Below, piece after piece: positions 1 through 12,085 of a DNA stretch of 64,000 nt (position 1 is its first letter; each line of letters begins with the position of its first letter). Below the pieces are notes generated by a model. The model did not search any database, had not been told where the DNA came from, and saw nothing but the letters and a program-made list of their open reading frames with translations. Location: contig OX597830.1 in the NCBI GenBank assembly GCA_951406725.2, positions 66,588,001-66,652,000 on the forward strand, given 5' to 3'. Source of the DNA: Octopus vulgaris. Taxonomy: Eukaryota. Position numbers and translations under genes: made by a program.

Positions 1-14
1 CTAATAATAACAGT

Positions 15-75
15 GTAGCACAAAATGGCGGTGCACCAGCATGGCCGCAGCTCTGAGCTGAAACTAGAGAGAAAC
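15..75 (+). mobile_element. 3' end of a CR1/L2-type LINE (tail fragment)
   Basis: GGCGGTGCACCAGCATGGCCGCAGCTCTGAGCTGAAACTAG (27-67) is nearly identical to the 3' terminus of the LINE at 49834-49875 (minus). Confidence 0.7.
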
Positions 76-104
76 AAAAAATATCTATCTATCTATCTAT
101 CTAT

Positions 105-156
<52 letters not shown>

Positions 157-636
157 ATGTATATATAACCATAAGCGTGTATGTATTCATCTATGTACAT
201 ATGTATGTGTGTGCACATATATGTGTGCATCCATATTTGTGTGCATGTACGTGTGTCTATGTATGTGAACTCTCACACACAGGTATTGTTGAAGTTATAT
301 TTGTAAGTGTATATGTCTATGGTTTCATATATATATATATGGAGGGATATCTTCTGGATCAGTATGGTTGTACATAGTTTAATTGTATGAAACTATATTT
401 GTTGACACACATACATACACATGTTTTCTTTATACTTCCCACCTCTGAAGTATATATATATATATATACAAAGGAACCACCTTTGTGGTGTGAGGTGGTT
501 TCTTCTGCAATGTGGGGTGCATATGATTCAATTACATCATTCCCCATCCACTAGAGAGCAGTGTAGAAGTAAACTGAAATGATTGTTGTTTTAAATAAAG
601 CTTCCAGTACATTCTGTCTTCTGTATTAATCATTTA

Positions 637-710
<74 letters not shown>

Positions 711-714
<4 letters not shown>

Positions 715-935
715 CTTTATTGCCCACAGGGGGCTAAACATAGAGGGTACAAACAAGGACAGACAAAGGGATTAAGTTGATTGCATCGACCCCACTGCGT
801 AACTGGTACTTATTTAATCGACCCCGAAAGGATGAAAGGCAAAGTTGACCTCGGCAGAACTGAGAACGTAACGGCAGATGAAATACCGCTAAGTATTTCG
901 CCTAGTGTGCTAATGATTCTGCCAGCTCGCCACCC
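711..935 (-). mobile_element. SINE family B
   Basis: Matches the other B copies (GGCGAGCTGGCAGAA head, GCCTTTCATCCTTTCGGGGTCGAT core, GGGCAATAAAGAAAT tail). The core resembles the Nin/Deu-type SINE central domain. Confidence 0.85.
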
Positions 936-956
936 TTGTATATACACACACACACA

Positions 957-1168
957 CAGGAGGGGTGCTGAAAGGTTCCTGGCTTTAAGGGTATTCCGAA
1001 AGGCCTGGTTGGAAACCCAACCTTCGAAGTTCGTTTACAGGGCTTAGAAAAACTGAAGGACCATTGCAAAAGTGTGTGAAACTGAGATGGAAATATGTTG
1101 GACAAAATCATAATTAACTGACTTTCCTGTATTCTGTTTTACCCAAGCCCAGGAACATCACCCCAGCT
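957..1168 (+). mobile_element. Internally deleted mariner (MITE-like)
   Basis: Degenerate TIRs GGGGTGCTGAAAGGTTCCTGGCTT / AAGCCCAGGAACATCACCCC. The interior encodes a frameshifted mariner C-terminus (GLEKLKDHC..KCVKLRWKYV). Confidence 0.65.
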
Positions 1169-1361
1169 CATATATATATATATATATAACATTGCAAGTT
1201 ATATAGGTGTTTGTGTGTGTGTACATATTAATCATAGTATACCATATTATAGATGTGCCTTAGCTGATTTTACCAATCAGTTGCACATTGGGCATTAGAT
1301 GACTGGATGTTATATAACAGTGTGACACTTGGTACCATGTGTATATATATATATATATATA

Positions 1362-1519
1362 TACGATAGGCTTCTTTCAGTTTCCATCTACTGAATACAC
1401 TCTTGTGGCTTTGGTCAGCCTATGGCTATAGTAGAATACACTTGCCCAAGTTGCCACACGGTAGGACTGAACTCAAGGCGCCATGGTTGAAAAGCAAGCT
1501 TCTTAACCAGACAGCCACG
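1362..1519 (-). mobile_element. SINE family A, 5' half
   Basis: Reverse complement of the A head (GTGGCTGT..GGTTAAG..CTTGGGCAAGTG..GGAAACTGAAAGAAGCC). Confidence 0.75.
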
Positions 1520-1652
1520 ACTACAACAATGTTTTGTTTTAGTTTTTCTTGAATATGTGATGTGTACCAGGAGTGCTGACATATAGGAAGAACACTCACG
1601 GGGAAGTACAATTGTCAGCAAGTTTTGTATTGTCTAGTCATTGTTTGTATCA

Positions 1653-1666
1653 GTTACCATGGTAAC
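1653..1666. promoter_or_regulatory. RFX X-box motif (perfect palindrome GTTACCATGGTAAC)
   Basis: Exact match to the GTNRCC-N(0-3)-RGYAAC consensus, in non-repetitive sequence. Function not shown. Confidence 0.5.
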
Positions 1667-1761
1667 CACATAGCAATACATCAATTATATTTAAAATTCC
1701 CCGAGCCAGGCAGGAGTTCTCATGCTGCGAAACGATATTCTCTCTAATTAAAGAAATTATT

Positions 1762-1803
<42 letters not shown>

Positions 1804-1874
1804 CACATGTATATATATTTATGTATATATGTGTATATATATATATGTATATTATATATATATGTGTGGGAGTG

Positions 1875-1911
<37 letters not shown>

Positions 1912-1916
1912 CCCTC

Positions 1917-1982
<66 letters not shown>

Positions 1983-2471
1983 TATATATATATATGTACA
2001 TACATATATATATGCATTCATGTATATATGTGTCTGTGAACTATGTGTTTGTATATGTGGTTATGTATATACATAAATGTACAGACACACACACACACAC
2101 ACACACATACACACACATATGCAATCACACACAATATAACTCATGCACAGCCATACACACACATACATTAAATTTAATCAGTACATCACTTTCTACAAGA
2201 TATAACAAGCAGTTGTGTCTTCAATCAACTATTTTCACGGGAGACATTGAATATGAAGCACCACTCTCAGCATATCATAATCTCTCAATTGATCAGCATA
2301 AATTTTGAATAACATTAACTCCTAACAAGAGAGGTCTCTATCAAGGGAGTTAACAATTAACAAGTTTTTGTGTAATATATTCCATTATATTTTATTTTAT
2401 TATATTTTATTTTATTTTATTTTATTTTATTTTATTTTATTTTCTATCATTGTCCTCTGTTTCTTACTTAG

Positions 2472-2596
2472 GTAAGCCACATATCTGGTGATGTTGATAT
2501 GAGACAAATCTTGCACTGATCTGTGAGATGAAGAAGTGATGGTGCAAATGCAGTTCCTTCCTGAACTCGTGTGTGGATGTATTAGCAACTGATGAA
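2472..2596 (+). other. Candidate non-coding exon
   Basis: Pyrimidine tract ending TTACTTAG acceptor, and GAA|GTAAGA donor. Stops in all three frames. Confidence 0.25.
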
Positions 2597-2702
2597 GTAA
2601 GATTACGCATGAAATTATAAATACATATAAACGCACACACATACACATACTTGTATATATGTATATATATGTGTGTGTATATATGTATGTATGTATATAT
2701 AT

Positions 2703-2793
<91 letters not shown>

Positions 2794-2797
2794 CATA

Positions 2798-2958
2798 GGT
2801 GCAGGAGTGGCTGTGTGGTAAGTAGCTTGCTTATGAACCACATGGTTCTGGGTTCAGTCCCACTGCATGGCACTTTGGGCAAGTGTCCTCTACTATAGCC
2901 TCAGGCTGACCAAAGCATTGTGAAAGAATTTGGTAGATGGAAACTGAAAGAGTCCCTC

Positions 2959-3025
<67 letters not shown>

Positions 3026-3232
3026 TGTGTATATGTCTGTGTTTCTCCCCCAACATCACTTGACAACCAATGCTGGTGTGTTTACATCCCTGTAACCTAA
3101 CGGTTCGGGAAAAGAGTCTGATAGAATAAGTACTAGGCTTACAAAGAATAAGTCTTGGGGTCGATTTACTTGACTAAAAGTAGTGCTCCAGCATGGCTGC
3201 AGTCAAAAACTAATAAAAGAATGAAAGAATAA
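2798..3232 (+). mobile_element. SINE family A, full length
   Basis: tRNA-like head GGTGCAGGAGTGGCTGTGTGGTAAG..GGTTCAGTCCC, CORE-like TTGGGCAAGTG, internal (TA)n, tail GTGCTCCAGCATGGCTGCAGTCA. Confidence 0.9.
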
Positions 3233-3973
3233 CAGAATATATATATACTTGTCTAAATGTATATTTGTATATTTGTGTATATATATATATATGAAGGTAT
3301 ATATTTTTATACATATATGTATAAAGATATATATAAATACATGTTGATATATATATATATTTATATGCATTCATACATATATAAATACATTATTAGATAC
3401 ATAGATATATATAATGCTTGCCTCACCTTGTCAGATGATAGCTGTCTCATGTTAAATGAATTGTGAGACATCTGTATATATTTTGACTGCAAATTTCATG
3501 TCAAAATATCTTTCTCTTAGAAAAGTTACCTTCCCCTTGGCTTTTCCAAAAATAACAAGGGCCTCCTCTTGCCATGGAAATCTAGTTAACCCATAGGTGT
3601 TTAATCCTGACAGGTGCTACCATCCTAGGTCAGAATGGACGTGGAAGTAATCGTAATTAAGATCTGACCTCTCTCTCGTCACAACTCCATATATACATGT
3701 ATGTGTGTATATATTCGTTGTTGAACCATAAATACCTTCACAGTTTTTTTCTCTCTCCATTTCTTTCCTCTCAACCCTTTCGGATGATGAGCATAGACTC
3801 AAAATGCCAAAGGCTTTTCCATTCTTCCTGGGTATCAAACTAATACAGCTGCTTGGTTTTCCCTCACTTTGTCTTTTGTTTTCTGTAAATTTGAACTACA
3901 TACACACACAAACACATACACACATATGCATATAACATTTACACACACACACACATATATGTGTGTGTGTGTG

Positions 3974-4262
3974 TGGAGGCTCCTGGCCTAGTGGTTAGAG
4001 TAGCAGACTCGCGATCACGGGATCACGGGTTTGAATCTCAGACAGGGCGATGTGTGTGTTTATGAGTGAAACACCTAAGCCCCATGCGGCTCCAGCAGAA
4101 GGTAATGTGACTCTTTCACCACAACTTTCTCTCACTCTTTCCTCCTGCATCTTGCAGCTCACTTGCGACGGACCGGCGTCCCGTCCAGGTGGGAAACCTC
4201 TACGCTAAGGAAACTGGGAAACTGACTCTATGAGCCATGCATGGCTTGAGAAGGAACAAACA
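3974..4262 (+). mobile_element. SINE family C variant (C head, alternative tail)
   Basis: GGAGGC..TGGCCTAGTGGTTAGAG tRNA-like head shared with the 56142 copy. The tail GTCCCGTCCAGGTGGG..GAAGGAACAAAC also occurs alone at 62900-63006 (minus). Confidence 0.75.
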
Positions 4263-4280
4263 ATATATATATATATACAT

Positions 4281-4315
<35 letters not shown>

Positions 4316-4645
4316 TACATAGATACACATGCATGTATAAATTTGTATATATATATATATGTACACATATATGTATATTTGTAAATACATTGTGGAATTG
4401 TGTATACAAGTGGGCAAATGCCTCTTAGTGCATAAAAATATAATCTCAACAATTCACCTGTTTTTATAATGTTGAATAAGTTTCATGCGTGCATTTTAAT
4501 TATCAATTTATTTCATTCACTTGCTTGTACTATCTACGATTGCATGTATGCAATTTCCTATGTGCAATTACACTCAATACTCATGTATGAGTATATACAT
4601 GTTCTTATGAGAATGTCAACATAGTCTATAGTGGCACACATAATA

Positions 4646-5040
4646 TCTTTATATATAAAAGTAAGGTTGTGTGTCTGTCTCCTACGATTTAGATTCCTAA
4701 CTACTCCCACATTTTGCGGTGCAGTTTAACCAAAACCGGGTATCTTATAGTCGTGATTCATATCGAGCCCTTCTGGGTATTAGCGCGCGTCTACGATAAG
4801 TCTACGATTTTAAAAATAATTTACCATCATTTTTTTCCATTTTAATGCATTTTTTTTCGCTAAGGGAAGTAACTCTCTAAAAATGTCTACGATGAGTCAA
4901 CGATTTAAAAAAAAATTTACCATAATTTTTTTTTTCCATTTTTAATGCATTTTTTTGTTATTTTTTGGCTATGACTCTCTAAAAATGCTTATATAGTTAT
5001 TTCCCTTACAAACCCGAGCAACGCCGGGCGATACTGCTAG
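4646..5040 (+). mobile_element. Non-autonomous Helitron
   Basis: Starts TC, ends CTAG, inserted between A and T with no TSD, subterminal hairpin CCCGAGCAACGCCGGG. Second copy at 39129. Confidence 0.85.
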
Positions 5041-5568
5041 TATAGTATAAACGTGCAGTACAAACATTCAAATAATGTCTCTATCTTTCTAATTCCTGCT
5101 GCATTTCACTTGAAAATTTTGGTCTTCCATTATCATCTTGGTGTTTAAGTCAACCATTCATATTTGGCTGTAAATTTTGGCCTGAACAGTTTGCTTTATA
5201 TACTAGAAAACATAGTATTAAACAGTAAGTTATTTGCCTGTGGGTTTTTCCACCAATTCCCGTTGATAAGCTACTTATCCAAATGCGAATTATCTTACTC
5301 TGAAGAAATATATCTCATCTGGTTTTAAATTTTTAACTATTTTCAACTCTACCTCCCGTGAGAGTGATCTCCCTTGTTTTTATATTAGCATAATACCAAC
5401 ACGATAGTTGTACTGACCAATCAGAAGATTATGTTCCACCCACCAAGCTGCTTGTTGTTGTGTGCCTGGTCAAAATGATTGGCTGGTGATACAGACGTGT
5501 ATTATACCCTAATGAAATTCGCTGTTTTCACCCAGTTCGATTTAGGCTTCCAGAGCTGATACACACAG

Positions 5569-5648
<80 letters not shown>

Positions 5649-5717
5649 CACACACATACATATGTTTGCATATTTCTATGTATATCTATGCCTTTGTATA
5701 CATATATATGTATACAC

Positions 5718-5757
<40 letters not shown>

Positions 5758-5785
5758 TGTATATTTCTATGTATATCTATGCCTT

Positions 5786-5816
<31 letters not shown>

Positions 5817-5936
5817 GTATGTATTATGCTCATAGGTAATTACGTAAGATGATGCTCATCAGAATACCAGGTATACATACATACATGCATGCATGCATAG
5901 ATACATACATACATATATACACACGCACATGTATAC

Positions 5937-5985
<49 letters not shown>

Positions 5986-6650
5986 CATATACACATCCAT
6001 GCATACACACACATGTATACACACACACATGTATACACATACATATACATATATATATATTCACATACATATACACATCCATCCATGCTTACACAAAATG
6101 GCACACTGACATAAACACATACATACCTATAAGCGAACTGCAGTACTCTCCTATATAAACTTAAGTATTCATACACACATTCTTGTGTGAGCTGTGTTAA
6201 GTTAAAACTTACTTGAGATGCAAAATCTATATTTAATAGTTCTGCATATAATAGCAAAAAAAAAAACAAAAAACAAATAAGAAAAGAAATCTATAGCAAA
6301 ATATCCTGTATGTTGAAGCAAAAGAACTGCCGTGTCATATTTATACATTTAATCCTCGCGGATTTAAAAAACTTACTCCTCTCATACCTCTTACTGCAAT
6401 GAAATCAGATTAGATTTTTAAATACAGGGCCTCAGGACAATGGGCTTGTCCCTCCGCATGAGATAAGCCCCTCCCTGTTGCATAATGAGAAGGAAAGAGA
6501 GAAAATGATGCATGTATACATACATACCTACATACATACATACATACATACATACATACATACATACATACATACATGCATACATATATATGTATAGATA
6601 GATAGATAGATATAAATATAGATATAGATATGGATATAGATATTTATACG

Positions 6651-6711
<61 letters not shown>

Positions 6712-6784
6712 ATAGGTATATATATATATACATATATATAGATATAGATATAGATATACATATCTGTATATATATATATGTATA

Positions 6785-6815
<31 letters not shown>

Positions 6816-6816
6816 G

Positions 6817-6859
<43 letters not shown>

Positions 6860-6860
<1 letters not shown>

Positions 6861-6906
6861 ACCCATGCTAGCATGGAAAGCGGACGTTAAACGACGACGA
6901 TGATGA

Positions 6907-6944
<38 letters not shown>

Positions 6945-7044
6945 TGGAGCCTGGTGCAGCCTTCTGGCTTCCCAGATCCCTGGTCAAACTGTCCAACCCA
7001 TGCTAGCATGGAGAATGGACGTTAAACGATGATGATGATGATGA

Positions 7045-7048
<4 letters not shown>
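6860..7048 (+). mobile_element. Two short RTE-type 3' tails (family D)
   Basis: AACCCATGCTAGCATGG..GGACGTTAAAC followed by (GAT)n, twice, separated by (TA)n. Confidence 0.75.
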
Positions 7049-7081
<33 letters not shown>

Positions 7082-7682
7082 ACTAGTGTGTGTAGCTGTG
7101 TGTGTGCGTTTGTGTTTGATAGCATGAATATGTATTCACACCCACACCCACACACACAACTTTAAACAGAGATATACAGACAATGTATTCAATGCACATT
7201 TATTGATTTCCTCGCATACCTATTTACTCTCCAAAATCCTTATGGATCCTATCTTCTAGGCATCCACTTTTGACATAGCTGGCTTTATGAGCAGAAATGA
7301 TCAAACTGTTCAAACAGTGATACACAAACTTATGAACATCTGATGTCACACATATGCGCATACACGTATCCTCATGTTCTTATGTTTGCTGGTACACACA
7401 AGACAAAATTTATATTTGTGCTTATACGTGCTTGAACTTCTGGCTTTCATTGTTGTGTGTCTTTACCTGACTTATTGTTGCTTGATATCCCCTCTTTTGT
7501 TGTAGAGCACCTGAGCACTATATACATTAAGCTTCTTTTTCTTCTTCTTTTTCTCCTCCTCCTTCTCCTCCTCCTCCTCCTCATCATCATCATCATCATA
7601 ATAATCATCATCATTTCATTGTTGTCATTGTTGTTGTTGCTGCTGCTAGATTTTGCTGTTGTTGCTGTTGTTAAAACAACAA

Positions 7683-7888
7683 ACCTGGCAGAATCATTAG
7701 GGAACCAGACAAAATGCTTTGTGGCATTTCATCGATCTCTATATTCTGAGTTCAAATTCCACCGAGGTCGACTTAGCCTTTCATCCTTTTGGTGGGACAA
7801 TGAAATAAGTATAAGTTGCATACTGAGTCAATATAATTGTCTAGCCCCTTACTACCAAATTTCAGACCCTGTGGCTGTATAAGAAAGG
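7683..7888 (+). mobile_element. SINE family B, second tail type, diverged
   Basis: CTGGCAGAATCATTAG head, GAGTTCAAATTCC B box, GCCTTTCATCCTTT core. Confidence 0.7.
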
Positions 7889-7918
<30 letters not shown>

Positions 7919-7919
<1 letters not shown>

Positions 7920-8466
7920 CGTGGTTTTATTTTTATAGCGTGCTTTCACTTCACTACCGAGCGCAGCTCTGTGTGCCTTAGGTATGTGCTGTGATTTGTT
8001 GTGATGCTCTGATGGTTAATGTATGGAAAGTGTTCTGCGTAGGATGTGTGCAGTGCCTAGTAGTGCAATTTTCTGTATATTATATGTGTTTGTAAGTCCT
8101 GGTGTTTTTGTTATATATTTGTCTGAATATTTTTTTATCATGCCTAATGCACCTACTATGATAGGAATTGTTTCTGTTTTCAGATTCCACATTCTGGTTA
8201 CCTCAGTTTCCAGGTCCTTGTATTTTGAAAGTTTCTCCATTTCTTTTAGAGACACGTTGTCATCTGCTGGTATTGATACATCAATTAGAAAGCATTTTTT
8301 TTCTTCATGATCTCTGACAACTACATCTGGTCTGTTGGCCTTAATTTCTCTATCTGTGTGTTTCGGCATATCACAGAGTATGGTTGCTTTCTCGTTTTCT
8401 GTGACCTTTTCTGGTGTGTGCCTATACCATCTTTTTTCTATTGTTAATCCATAATGTTGGTGTAGC
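7919..8466 (-). mobile_element. R4/Dong-like non-LTR retrotransposon, 5'-truncated (restriction-like endonuclease C-terminus plus 3' UTR)
   Basis: 8016-8466 encodes ..ANRPDVVVRD..CFLIDVSIP..EKLSKYKDL..IPIIVGALG..QKIALLGTAHILRRTL, a PD-(D/E)xK REL domain. Flanked by (TAA)n and (GAA)n/(TAA)n tracts. Confidence 0.85.
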
Positions 8467-8513
8467 TTCTTCTTCTTCTTCTTCTTCTTCTTCTTCTTCT
8501 TCTTCTTCTTCTT

Positions 8514-8544
<31 letters not shown>

Positions 8545-8565
8545 TTATTATTCTTCTTCTTCTTC

Positions 8566-8617
<52 letters not shown>

Positions 8618-9074
8618 GTATTATCATTATTTTTAATATTAATATTTTTAATATTATTATTATTATCACTATTCAAATACATACATTCACATACATATGT
8701 ACATACATACATACATACATACATATATACATACATACATACATACATACATACATACATACATACATACATACATACATACATACATACATACATACAT
8801 ACATACATACATACATACATACATACATACATACATGCATGCATATAGATATATATATATATATACGCACACACACACATATACACATGTTAGTGTTCTG
8901 AAATTCAGCTTGCCCAAGGTGCCAGCGATTTCTATGGTTATCCATGAATAGGTACTGGGTGTGGGGCAATGTAATAGACTATGTCTTAGAAGGCAGTATG
9001 CCCCAGGAGGATCACAGTTCAATTACTGAAACTGATAACAGGCTGGAATCCCATCAAAGAATTACTCAGGTGTT

Positions 9075-9345
9075 CAGAAGGGCATCCAGCTGTAAAAACC
9101 TTGCCAAAAACTGACCTTGCCTGTGCTAGTGCCATGTAAAAAAGCACTACTCACCTCGCCTGTGCTTGTGTCATGTAAAAAGTTCTAAGTCCACTCTGCT
9201 GAGTGGTTGGTGGTAGGAAGAGCATCCAGCTGTTATAAATCCTACCAAAACAGTCACAGAAGTTTGGTGCTGGCTTCGGCCAGGCCAGCTCTTGTGGTAC
9301 CATCCCACTCATGCTAGCATGGAAGATGGACATTGAACAATAAAT

Positions 9346-9386
<41 letters not shown>
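9075..9386 (+). mobile_element. RTE-type 3' UTR (family D), diverged
   Basis: GGAAGAGCATCCAGCTGT..CATGCTAGCATGGAAGATGGAC followed by (GAT)n. Confidence 0.7.
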
Positions 9387-9945
9387 AACAGAGTCATTTA
9401 TTCTAAGATATTCTATACAGCACTTTAATTTTTATACCTCTTCCCTAGCTCTTAACACCGAATCAATATGGAACAATATTATGATAAGTGCTGTAGAGCA
9501 AGAGGAAATAACGCCCATTAAATGAAGTCCATAACCCAGTTTTTAATTCTTTTTTGAAGATAGTTGATTCCACTTTTGCTGCTAATCTCTACAGATTTAC
9601 CAATTTTTCTCTCTACATTTATTTTCTTGAACCTGAGTCAAAAATCAATATATAAGAGATTGGGAGAAACTGTTGAATTCTCGAGAAAAATTCCTTGTGG
9701 TATTTGATTGCATTTCTTTGCTTTCTGAATCAAAAATCCTACTGGAAGTGATTTTGGCTTCTCGTTTTCCATCCAGAGATAAAATGAATGAATGCCACTT
9801 AAGTCCTGGGGTTGATTAAATTAACTACATCCTCTTGTGCAAACAGTTAGAAAGCATCCACCCCTCCGACAAACACCACCACCACCTCTGACCAACACCA
9901 CTACCACCCCAACCAACACCACCACCCCGACCACCACCACCACCA

Positions 9946-10095
9946 CATCATCATCATCATTGTTCAACCGTGGTCGAGACAATGGAATTTACCATGCTAC
10001 GCCAAACTTCACGGTCCATCATGGCATTACAGAGGTCCTGTTGCTGGATGCCTGTATCCCTGGAGATTACATCAGGGTAGGAGTGTGTGCGCCCA
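9946..10095 (-). mobile_element. RTE-clade LINE 3' end
   Basis: Encodes SYPDVISRDTGIQQQDLCNAMMDREVWRSMVNSIVSTTVEQ*, with a DR..WR motif typical of RTE ORF ends, followed directly by (TGA)n. Confidence 0.7.
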
Positions 10096-10821
10096 CCACC
10101 ACCACAACCACCACCAACAACAACAGCTGTTGAAGAATTTGGATCTGGAGATCTCCATTTCCAGCGACTTCGAGGGCCCCCTCCCAGTGGTGTCGGGTGT
10201 CCGACTACAACAAAACGACCAAAGTTTTTTTTTTTTTCCAAGGCCTGGGGGGTCTCCCGCCCCTAAGCCCTAGACCATCACGTAATCCCCATTACCCATC
10301 TTGTTGCTTAACAACAACAACAACAACAACAGCCAATAACAACAACACAATTCCACCCGGGCCAACTTTGCCTTTCATCCATCCGTGGTTAGTAAAATAA
10401 AGGCGACTAGTTATATACTGGGATTGATTTAATCAACCGTTCTCCTCATTCAAATTTCAGGTCTTGTGTCTATGACTGGAACAATTTTTAAATTGTGAGA
10501 TCATTATAGGAGAAAGGTGACAGGAGAAAATGCCTTGTGGTATTTGTCTCAACTCATGACATTTTGAGTTCAAATCCTGCAAAGGCTAATCCATGTCTTT
10601 TATTCTTTCAGGGTCATTAAAATAAAGCACTAGTCAAGTACTGGGGTTGATAGCGCTGACTGTTCCTGGTATCATAAATTTCTACCCTTGGGCCTAAACT
10701 AGAAATCAGCCTCATCCTCCTCATCATCATATTATCATCATCATCATCATTGTCATTATTATCATCATATCTTCAGTGGGTTTATGTAAGTTCCTGCTGC
10801 TCCACTCAGTGCATCTCTTAA

Positions 10822-11203
10822 TGGAAGCACTCCAACGGTTACGACGACAAGGGTTCCGGTTGATCCGATCAACAGAACAGCCTGCTCGTGAAATTAATGT
10901 GTAAGTGGCTGAGCACTCCACAGACACGTGTACCCTTAACGTAGTTCTCGGGGATATTCAGCGTGACACAGAAAGTGACAAGGCCAGCCCTTTGAAATAC
11001 AGGTACAACAGAAACAGGAAGTAAGAGTGAGAGAAAGTTTTGGTGAAAAAGTACAGCAGGGATCACCACCATCCCCTGCTGGAGCCTCGTGGAGCTTTAG
11101 GTGTTTTCGCTCAATAAACACTCACAACGCCCGGTCTGGGAATCGAAACCGCGATCCTACGACCGCGAGTCCGCTGCCCTAACCACTGGGCCATTGTGCC
11201 TCC
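10822..11203 (-). mobile_element. SINE family C, full length with TSD
   Basis: Near-identical to the 56142 copy. 15-bp TSD ACT(C/G)AGTGCATCTCT at 10804-10818 and 11204-11218. Confidence 0.9.
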
Positions 11204-11514
11204 ACTGAGTGCATCTCTATTGTCCTGAGGTATGATGAAATTTGGCTTTATGTAGAATTGTGTTTATAGACTCCATCAGTTTCCTTTGTTTCTGGTGTTC
11301 ATTTAGTGTTGGCAATGTGATTTGTGCATTGAGTTATTTCGTTTGGTGGTGATTTCATTACTGTATGTATTAAGTGAAGCATTAGTTTCAAATTTTGGCA
11401 CTAGGCCAGCAATTTAGAGGGAGGAGGTAAGTCGATTACATTGACCCCCACCCCATCTACAGTGCTCAACTGGTCCTTATTTTACTGACCATGAAAGGAT
11501 GAAGGGCAAAGTTG

Positions 11515-11880
11515 ACATCAAAATAAAAATCAAATGGAAATTGTAGTTGTGTTACTCGTGCCGGTGGCACGTAAAAAGAACTACCCGAATGTGGTCGATG
11601 CCAGCACTGCCTTGACTGGCTTCCGTGCCGGTGGCACATATGAAGCACCAAGTAATCGTGGCCGTTGCCAGCCTCCTCTGGCCCCTGTGCTGATGGCATG
11701 TAAAAAGCACCCACTACACTCATGGAGTGGCTGGCGTTAGGAAGGGCATCCAGCTGTAGAAACACTGCCAGATCAGACTGGAGCCTGGTGCAGCCTCCTG
11801 GCTTCCTAGACCCCGGTCGAACCGTCCAACCCATGCTAGCATGGAAAACGGATGTTAAACAATGATGATGATGATGATGA
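11515..11880 (+). mobile_element. RTE-type 3' UTR (family D) nested in a minus-strand SINE B remnant
   Basis: About 60-bp GTGCCGGTGGCAC modules, D tail and (GAT)n. B sequence lies on both sides (11385-11515 and 11881-11950). Confidence 0.8.
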
Positions 11881-12085
11881 ACATAAAGACAGATGAAATG
11901 CTGCCAAGCATTTTGCCCAGCATGCTAACAATTCTGCCTTTTTGCTTCCTTATATTACATAAAATATTGGCTAGTAATTCTATATATGGTATTTGTTGTG
12001 TGAAGGTGTGCTAAGTTGTTGAATTGCAAGTACTTAGTAGGGCCAGTTTTTTTAGCTTGCATATAATGTTGTGAACCATGTATTA

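Noticed and set aside
1757-2308. Many ORFs rich in YI/HT/CV dipeptides here and across the window
   Set aside because: They are translations of (TA)n, (CA)n and (TACA)n microsatellites, open on both strands.
10727-11121. Repeated ORFs such as MFIERKHLKL.. and [15 protein letters not shown]..
   Set aside because: Chance frames within SINE C and SINE A copies.
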